From: Burkholderiaceae bacterium
Lineage (GTDB): Bacteria > Pseudomonadota > Gammaproteobacteria > Burkholderiales > Burkholderiaceae_E
Reading direction: 5' to 3'
NCBI GenBank assembly: GCA_044359175.1
Contig: JBIKMO010000001.1
Location: 1 to 52,414 of the forward strand
DNA length: 52,414 bases
Positions 47,268 to 52,414 of this stretch are shown here, piece by piece. Under the pieces are notes generated by a model. The model was given only the letters and a program-made list of their open reading frames with translations. It was not told the origin of the DNA and made no database searches. How positions within the stretch are numbered: position 1 is the first letter of the stretch; every line of letters begins with the position of its first letter. The translations under genes were made by a program, and so were the position numbers.

Positions 47268-48197
47268 TCAGTCGCGGGCGGTCGGTTCGCTCAGCAGCCG
47301 CAGCACCACCGCGTCGTCCAGGTGTCCCCAGCCGCGCTCGAACGCACGCTCGAAGACCGTGTGGGCCGCGGCGCCGAGCGGCGCCTCGAAGCCGGCGTCG
47401 TGCGCTGCGCGCAGTGCGAGCGCGGTGTCCTTGCGCAGCAGCGTGACCTGCGCGCGCGGCGCGTAGTCGCCGGCGATCGCGCGACGCATCCGGTCCGAGC
47501 CGACCCAGCTCTGGCCGCTGGACTGCTCGATCACCGCGAGCACGGTATGCAGGTCCATGCCCAGGCGCTGCGCGAGCGCCAGCGCCTCGGCGGCGCCGAC
47601 CAGGTTGATGCCGGCGAGCAGGTTGTTGACCAGCTTCATCCGGGCGCCGTCACCCGGTCGCCCGCCGACGACGAACGGCCGGCTCGACAACGCCTCGAGC
47701 AGCGACCGGTGCGACGCGTGCACCGCCGGCGCGCAGCCCACCATCAGGCTCATCGTCCCGTCGGCGGCGCGCTGCGGTCCGCCGGACATCGGCGCGTCGA
47801 TCGTCGCGGCACCGTCCTCGGCCAGGCGCGCCGCGAACCGCTCGACGTCCTCGGGCGCGATCGTCGGGCACAGCATCACCGTGTGCCCCGCGAGCCCGCC
47901 GGAGCGCGCGTGCACGCCGGCCTCGCCCCACAGCACGGCCTCGCACTGCGCTGCGTCGACCACCGCCACGATCGTGATCGGCACCTGCGCAGCGGCCGTG
48001 GCCGCGTCGGGGCAGGCGACGGCGCCGCGCACCGCCAGCGCGTCGACCTTGCCGCGCTCCAGGTCGTGTACCCGAACCCGCCAGCCGCGGGCGAGCAGGT
48101 TGAGCGCCATGCCCCCGCCCATGTTGCCGATGCCGACGACGCCGACGCTGCGGCCGCCGGGCGGGGAGGGTGGGCACGGATCGTCGGGCACGGGCAC
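47268..48197 (-). CDS. NAD(P)-dependent oxidoreductase, 3-hydroxyisobutyrate dehydrogenase family
   Basis: Contains VGVVGIGNMGGGMALNL (GxGxxG), the TIDAPMSGGP region and KLVNNLL. Start is GTG 48197 or 48191. The ORF to 48401 overlaps the upstream gene. Confidence 0.85.
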   Translation of the reverse strand: MPVPDDPCPPSPPGGRSVGVVGIGNMGGGMALNLLARGWRVRVHDLERGKVDALAVRGAVACPDAATAAAQVPITIVAVVDAAQCEAVLWGEAGVHARSGGLAGHTVMLCPTIAPEDVERFAARLAEDGAATIDAPMSGGPQRAADGTMSLMVGCAPAVHASHRSLLEALSSRPFVVGGRPGDGARMKLVNNLLAGINLVGAAEALALAQRLGMDLHTVLAVIEQSSGQSWVGSDRMRRAIAGDYAPRAQVTLLRKDTALALRAAHDAGFEAPLGAAAHTVFERAFERGWGHLDDAVVLRLLSEPTARD

Positions 48198-48255
48198 GAG
48201 TGTAGCGGCCTCGTCCGCTGCGCGGCGACCGCCCCCGGCCCGGCCGCCGTGGGGC

Positions 48256-49794
48256 TCAGCGGCCGTGCCGCTCGACCAGCAGGAACTTCTGCACCTTCCC
48301 GGTCGGCGTGCGCGGCAGCGCGGCGTCGCTGACCACCACGCGCTTGGGCGTCTTGAAGCCCGCCAGCCGCTCGCGACAGAACGCTCGCAGCGCGTCGGCA
48401 TCGATCGTCGTCCCCGCGGCGGGCACGATCACCGCGGTCACCGCCTCGCCCCACAGCGCGTCCGGCAGCCCGATCACCGCGCAGTCGGCCACGCCCGGGA
48501 ACGCGAGGATCGCGGCCTCGACCTCGGCGGCGTGCACGTTCTGGCCGCCAGTGATGATCATGTCCTTGACCCGGCCGCTGATGTACAGGTACCCGTCGTC
48601 GTCGAGCCGGCCGAGGTCTCCGGTGTGCAGCCAGCCGTCGCGAAAGGTCTCGGCGTTCTTGGCCGGGTTGTCGAAGTAACCGGTGATCGTGCTGGGCGAG
48701 CGGCCGCAGATCTCGCCGGTGACGCCGGCCGCAACGACCTGGTTCGACGAGTCGACCACCTTCACCTCGGCGAACAGCACCGGGCGGCCGATCGCATCCG
48801 GCCGGGCCGCGCGGTCCTCCGGGGTGCTGAGCACCAGCGCGCCGGTCTCCTGCATCCCGTAGTACTCGTAGAGCGACCGGCACAGCCGCACGATCGTCTG
48901 ATCGCGCACGGTCGGCGGCAGCATCGAGCCGGCGTAGACCACCGCACGCAGCGAAGAGAGGTCGCGCTCGGGCAGCGTCGCGTCGGCCAGCAGCATCGCG
49001 CCCATCGTCGCGACCAGGTTCACGATCGTGACCCGCTCGCGCTCGATCAGTGCCAGGCACTCGGCGGGCGCGAAGTTCATCAGCACGTTCTTCAGCCCGA
49101 ACATCGTCGCGCCCAGCACCCACGCGAAGCCGACCCGGCCGAACATCGGAAAGACGGTCATCACCACGTCGCGGCGCGACAGGTCGAAGCCGTCCATGAA
49201 CGGCCCGATCGAGCTGTTGTTGAACTGGGTGAGCACGTACGACTTGGGCAGCCCGGTCGTGCCCGAGGTGAGGTTGAAGTAGTACGGATCGGATTCGTCG
49301 AGGTCGACCTGCGGCTCGCGCGGCGACGAGCGTTCGAGCAGCGCCTCGTAGTCCTCGGCCCAGTCGGGCTGCGCCTCGCCGATCGAGATCATCCGCCGCA
49401 CCCCGGGCAGCGCCTGCGCGGCCTGGAGCGCGACCGGCTTGAAGCGGGCCTCGCAGATCAGCCCGCTGGCGTTCATCGCGCGCATCAGCTCGACCACCTC
49501 GGCCGGGGCGAGGCGGTAGTTGAGCGGTATGCCGACGATGCCGGTGCGAGCGAGCGCGAAGTAGATCTCGACCATCTCGGCGCGGTTGGTCGACAGGAAC
49601 GCGACCACGTCGCCCTTGCCGAAGCCCAGCGACATCAGCCCGTGCGCGAGCCGGTTCGTGCGCTCGTCGGTCTCGCGGTAGCGGAATCGCCGCCCGGTGG
49701 CGGTGCAGACGATCGATTCGTGGTCGGGGAAGCGGATCGCTGCGGTGGTCAGCACGTTGCCGACCAGCATCCTGCCCAGAGAGCCGCGGATCAT
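48256..49794 (-). CDS. AMP-dependent acyl-CoA synthetase/ligase
   Basis: AMP-binding motif FNLTSGTTGLPK, plus YGMQETG, GWLHTGDLG and PRTPTGKVQK. A GGAGA RBS precedes ATG 49794. Confidence 0.9.
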   Translation of the reverse strand: MIRGSLGRMLVGNVLTTAAIRFPDHESIVCTATGRRFRYRETDERTNRLAHGLMSLGFGKGDVVAFLSTNRAEMVEIYFALARTGIVGIPLNYRLAPAEVVELMRAMNASGLICEARFKPVALQAAQALPGVRRMISIGEAQPDWAEDYEALLERSSPREPQVDLDESDPYYFNLTSGTTGLPKSYVLTQFNNSSIGPFMDGFDLSRRDVVMTVFPMFGRVGFAWVLGATMFGLKNVLMNFAPAECLALIERERVTIVNLVATMGAMLLADATLPERDLSSLRAVVYAGSMLPPTVRDQTIVRLCRSLYEYYGMQETGALVLSTPEDRAARPDAIGRPVLFAEVKVVDSSNQVVAAGVTGEICGRSPSTITGYFDNPAKNAETFRDGWLHTGDLGRLDDDGYLYISGRVKDMIITGGQNVHAAEVEAAILAFPGVADCAVIGLPDALWGEAVTAVIVPAAGTTIDADALRAFCRERLAGFKTPKRVVVSDAALPRTPTGKVQKFLLVERHGR

Positions 49795-49890
49795 GGGAGT
49801 CTCCTGTGGGTGGGGCGGAGGCCGTCCCGCGGCGCGTGCTCGCAGCGGCGCATCGGGGCGACCTCGGCAAGGGTAGCGCGGGGCGGCAGG

Positions 49891-49954
49891 CCGTGGCCAG
49901 GCCGACGCGGCGCGGCGCGTCGTGGCCACGGTTTGGGCGGCTTGCGCAAGCCGC
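49891..49954. promoter_or_regulatory. two adjacent dyad elements in the divergent promoter region: imperfect long hairpin (49891-49931) and perfect 18-bp palindrome GCGGCTTGCGCAAGCCGC (49937-49954)
   Basis: Read directly. They lie between the acyl-CoA synthetase start (49794, minus) and the BLUF gene start (50017, plus). Confidence 0.35.
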
Positions 49955-50016
49955 TCGCCTGCGGCCAGTATGCCCGGGGTGCAGTGCGCCGTTCTCCACC
50001 GGGACCCCATCCTACG

Positions 50017-50493
50017 ATGCTGATCCAGCTGATCTACGTGAGCAAGGCGGTCGGCCCGCAGACGCCGCAGACCACCGAGGCCATCCTGCGCACTGCGCGC
50101 GCGTTCAATGCGGCGAACGACGTCACCGGGGTGCTCTGCGAGGGGCAGGGCGTGTACCTGCAGGCGATCGAAGGCGAGAGTCGGACCGTCACGGCGCTGT
50201 ACGCCCGGATCGCTGCCGATCCGCGCCACGGCGACCTGACGCTGATCCACTGCGAGAGCATCGCCGAGCGCCGCTATGGCGCCTGGACGATGGCGCGGGT
50301 GGATCTCTCCGACGTGGATCCCCAGACCCGCATCGACTGGCCGGCGCTCGACCCGTACTCGGCCCGAGGCCGGCAGGTGATGGCGCGCATCGACGAGCTG
50401 CTCGCGCTCGCGCCGGCGGGCGGGCACCCGACGGGCGCGCCCGCCGCCGGGTCCGACCCGCAGCCGCCCGGGGCGTTGCCCGGCACGCGCTGA
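50017..50493 (+). CDS. short BLUF-domain photoreceptor
   Basis: MLIQLIYVSKA (Tyr7), GVYLQAIEGE (Gln49), DPRH, and YGAWTMA (Trp90/Met92). This spacing matches the canonical BLUF photoactive residues. About 60 aa of C-terminal tail follow, partly Pro/Gly/Ala-rich. Confidence 0.85.
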   Translation: MLIQLIYVSKAVGPQTPQTTEAILRTARAFNAANDVTGVLCEGQGVYLQAIEGESRTVTALYARIAADPRHGDLTLIHCESIAERRYGAWTMARVDLSDVDPQTRIDWPALDPYSARGRQVMARIDELLALAPAGGHPTGAPAAGSDPQPPGALPGTR

Positions 50494-50562
50494 GCGGCCG
50501 TCCGCCCGGCGCCGGCGCGCGCGGCGAGACGAAGCTGCGGCCGTCCCGAAGCAGGACTCGGC

Positions 50563-50820
50563 ATGAAGCGCTGGGGCATGACCGGCGAGCCGTTCGGTAC
50601 GCCCGCCGACCGGCGCCACTGCGAGACGCTCCTCGGGCCGGTCATCGACACGCTGCGCGCGCTCGCCGAGGATTCATGCGCGATCGAGTGCGTCGTCGGC
50701 GTCGACGGCAGCCCGAGCTGCGGGGTCGACCGGACCTGCGTCGGCGACGAGGGCGGCGAGCCCGAGGACCTCGCGAGGAACGGGACCCTGCCGAGCGCCC
50801 GACTCACCTTCAGCGTCTGA
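50563..50820 (+). CDS. small hypothetical Cys-rich protein
   Basis: 85 aa with very high GC3, which supports coding. It has 5 Cys including GSPSCG. It lies 69 nt downstream of the BLUF gene on the same strand, and its 3' end overlaps the convergent ORF by 11 nt. Confidence 0.5.
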   Translation: MKRWGMTGEPFGTPADRRHCETLLGPVIDTLRALAEDSCAIECVVGVDGSPSCGVDRTCVGDEGGEPEDLARNGTLPSARLTFSV

Positions 50821-52414
50821 GCGCGCCGAAGTAGTGCGCGTTGAAGGTGGTGACCCAGGGCGCGGTCGCCTCGACGCCGTTCGGGTGGCGCGGCAGCGCG
50901 GTTTCGTGCAACCAGCGCACCAGGTTCGATTCGTCCTGGCGCAGCGTCGTGCGCCAGGACAGCAGCGCGGCGGCCACCGAGGACTTGACGCCCGAGGCCA
51001 CGAGCGCAGCCGGCAACTTCGCCGGTGGACTCGCGACGCCGATCGTCTCCTTCAGGGAGTCGGCGCTGCCTGCGAACATCGCATACCCGAGGGCGGACTC
51101 GAGGTCGCGCGAGCGCTGCCGGCGCTCCACCTCGGCGGCGGCCAGCCCCAGGAACTCGCCGAGCACCCGTGCGCGGTGATAGCCGGGCGGTTCGCCGTTG
51201 CGTGCCGACTGCGCCGACAGCCAGTCCATCGGTGAGGTGTTCGCTTGCGGGCCACGCTGCAGCTGGACGATGAACACGCCCGCCTGAGCCGACAGGCCGG
51301 TGTCCAGCAGCGCGCCGACGTAGCCGCGCAGCGCTTGGCGACCGCTGCTGCCGCCGCGGCCGGTCTGCAGCAGCGTGTTGTCGATCACGCCGCCGACGTC
51401 GGTGGCGATCACCGCCGACAGCGCGGCGAGCAGCTCGCGACGCACCGGGAGCGCGCTGGTGTTGAGTTGGCGGCTCTGCGCGAGGATCGGGCCGGCGGCG
51501 GCGACGAACGACGCCTTCTCTCGCGCGTTCGCGCTCTTCGACGCCGCGGCGGCCAGCCGTCGGAACAGCGACGGGTCACCGCGGACCTGCACCACGGTGC
51601 TGCCGAAGGCTCCGGTGGTCACCTGGGTGTCGAGCGGCAGCGCGGCGGCGACCATCGCATCGGTCGCAGGCCGGCCGAGCGCCGCGAACGCCGCCTCGAC
51701 CTCGGCCGCATTGCGCATTCCCGCGAACAGTTCCGCAGTCGCCCGTGCCGTCCCCGGCACGTCGCGGACCGCGTCGTCGGACAGCCGCTTGAGCAGCCCC
51801 AGCCGCTGCTCGAAGGTGCCCCGCCTGCCGACCGCCCGGGCGAAGTCGATCATCGTCGCCACCGCGGTCCCCGAGCGGCGCCGCTCGCCGCCGCTGGACG
51901 CATGCGCGATCCGATGCAGACTCGCCGGGTCCTGATCCGCGACCAGGTGCTCGAACAGCTGCCGGCGCTGTCTCGCATCGAGCGGGCCCAGGCCGAACAT
52001 GCCGGGCTGGGCCGATTCGGCGATCCAGCGCTGCAGCATCGAGCCGCGGGGCGACGCGGTGTTGGCGAGGCCGACCACCAACGCCTGCCGCTCGGCGCCC
52101 GTCAGTTGCTCGACCGTCCGGCTCAGCGTGGCCAGGTCGCGCCGCCAGACCACGGGACCGCCGAGCGCCCGGGCTGCCTCGGTCCGGGCCTGCGCCACGC
52201 GGGCAGGGTCGAACTGTCCCGGTGTGGCGTACAGCAGGGTTCCGATGCCGCCGGTGTCGACCTGCCGTTGCGCCCACTGCCGTACCGCGGCGCGATCGGC
52301 GAGGCCCGCCGGCACCCGATAGGTCGAGGTCCGCGAACGAACGACCGCGTGCCCGGAGGCGTGGCGGCCCATCACGAGCTGACCCCGGGAGGTACCGATG
52401 AAGTCGCCGGGTCG
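50810..52414 (-). CDS. large hypothetical protein, no recognisable domain, probably 5'-partial
   Basis: The frame has high GC3 and stays open upstream of the listed GTG/ATG (52375/52372) to the window edge. The protein is Ala/Arg/Leu-rich and helical-looking, with no motif I can name. Confidence 0.6.
   Translation of the reverse strand, partial: RPGDFIGTSRGQLVMGRHASGHAVVRSRTSTYRVPAGLADRAAVRQWAQRQVDTGGIGTLLYATPGQFDPARVAQARTEAARALGGPVVWRRDLATLSRTVEQLTGAERQALVVGLANTASPRGSMLQRWIAESAQPGMFGLGPLDARQRRQLFEHLVADQDPASLHRIAHASSGGERRRSGTAVATMIDFARAVGRRGTFEQRLGLLKRLSDDAVRDVPGTARATAELFAGMRNAAEVEAAFAALGRPATDAMVAAALPLDTQVTTGAFGSTVVQVRGDPSLFRRLAAAASKSANAREKASFVAAAGPILAQSRQLNTSALPVRRELLAALSAVIATDVGGVIDNTLLQTGRGGSSGRQALRGYVGALLDTGLSAQAGVFIVQLQRGPQANTSPMDWLSAQSARNGEPPGYHRARVLGEFLGLAAAEVERRQRSRDLESALGYAMFAGSADSLKETIGVASPPAKLPAALVASGVKSSVAAALLSWRTTLRQDESNLVRWLHETALPRHPNGVEATAPWVTTFNAHYFGALRR

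Noticed and set aside
50563-50820. Similarity of the small ORF's GSPSCG motif to the [4Fe-4S]-ligand SPSCG motif of DUF523/TudS proteins
   Set aside because: Only this short motif matches. The protein is half the length and lacks the N-terminal Cys ligands of that family, so I make no functional call.
1-52414. CRISPR arrays, tandem repeats, IS elements/transposases, integrases, prophage genes, tRNA/rRNA genes
   Set aside because: I looked for regularly spaced direct repeats, DDE/tyrosine-recombinase-like translations, tRNA-like cloverleaf sequence and rRNA-like stretches, and found none. The only repeats seen are short GC-rich palindromes, which are common in such genomes.

Overview
This is a very GC-rich (by eye about 70%), gene-dense bacterial chromosomal segment. 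I support about 45 protein-coding genes across both strands. Many long (100-1300 aa) Arg/Pro/Gly-rich ORFs in the six-frame track are antisense or out-of-frame artefacts of the GC content, and I do not call them.

Most of the content is solute uptake and catabolism:
- A polysaccharide-deacetylase (PuuE-like) and Asp/Glu/hydantoin-racemase pair sits divergent from an amidohydrolase + TRAP (DctPQM) operon.
- A five-gene Dpp-like ABC peptide transporter is followed by an M19 dipeptidase and an MFS protein.
- Single genes include a LysE exporter, a SelA-like PLP enzyme and a P-type cation ATPase.
- Two orphan Bug/TctC-family binding proteins hint at a Burkholderiales-type betaproteobacterium (inference only).
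- Two lipoprotein hydrolases are present; the metallophosphatase/5'-nucleotidase has Pho-box-like repeats upstream.
- DMT, MBL-fold and fused membrane/spermidine-synthase-like genes are present.
- A LysR regulator is divergent from an Ldh2/Bug/UxuA-like/amidohydrolase/TTC38-like cluster.
- A HIBADH-like dehydrogenase and an acyl-CoA synthetase follow, then a short BLUF photoreceptor.

I saw no rRNA, tRNA, CRISPR array, transposase or integrase.

Best candidates for something undescribed:
1. A tightly coupled three-gene operon at 43817-47206: an unknown membrane-anchored protein, a MoxR-like AAA+ ATPase, and a metallopeptidase-like/VWA protein whose HExxH reads HQxxH.
2. An overlapping small-ORF + minimal nucleotidyltransferase (DUF6036-like) pair at 3618-4429, next to gene remnants.
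3. A 1.7-kb stretch of decayed genes at 11136-12834, including a frameshifted vapC and a CIA30 fragment.
4. A large domain-less ORF running off the 3' end.

All functional calls come from reading motifs by eye. No database search was run.
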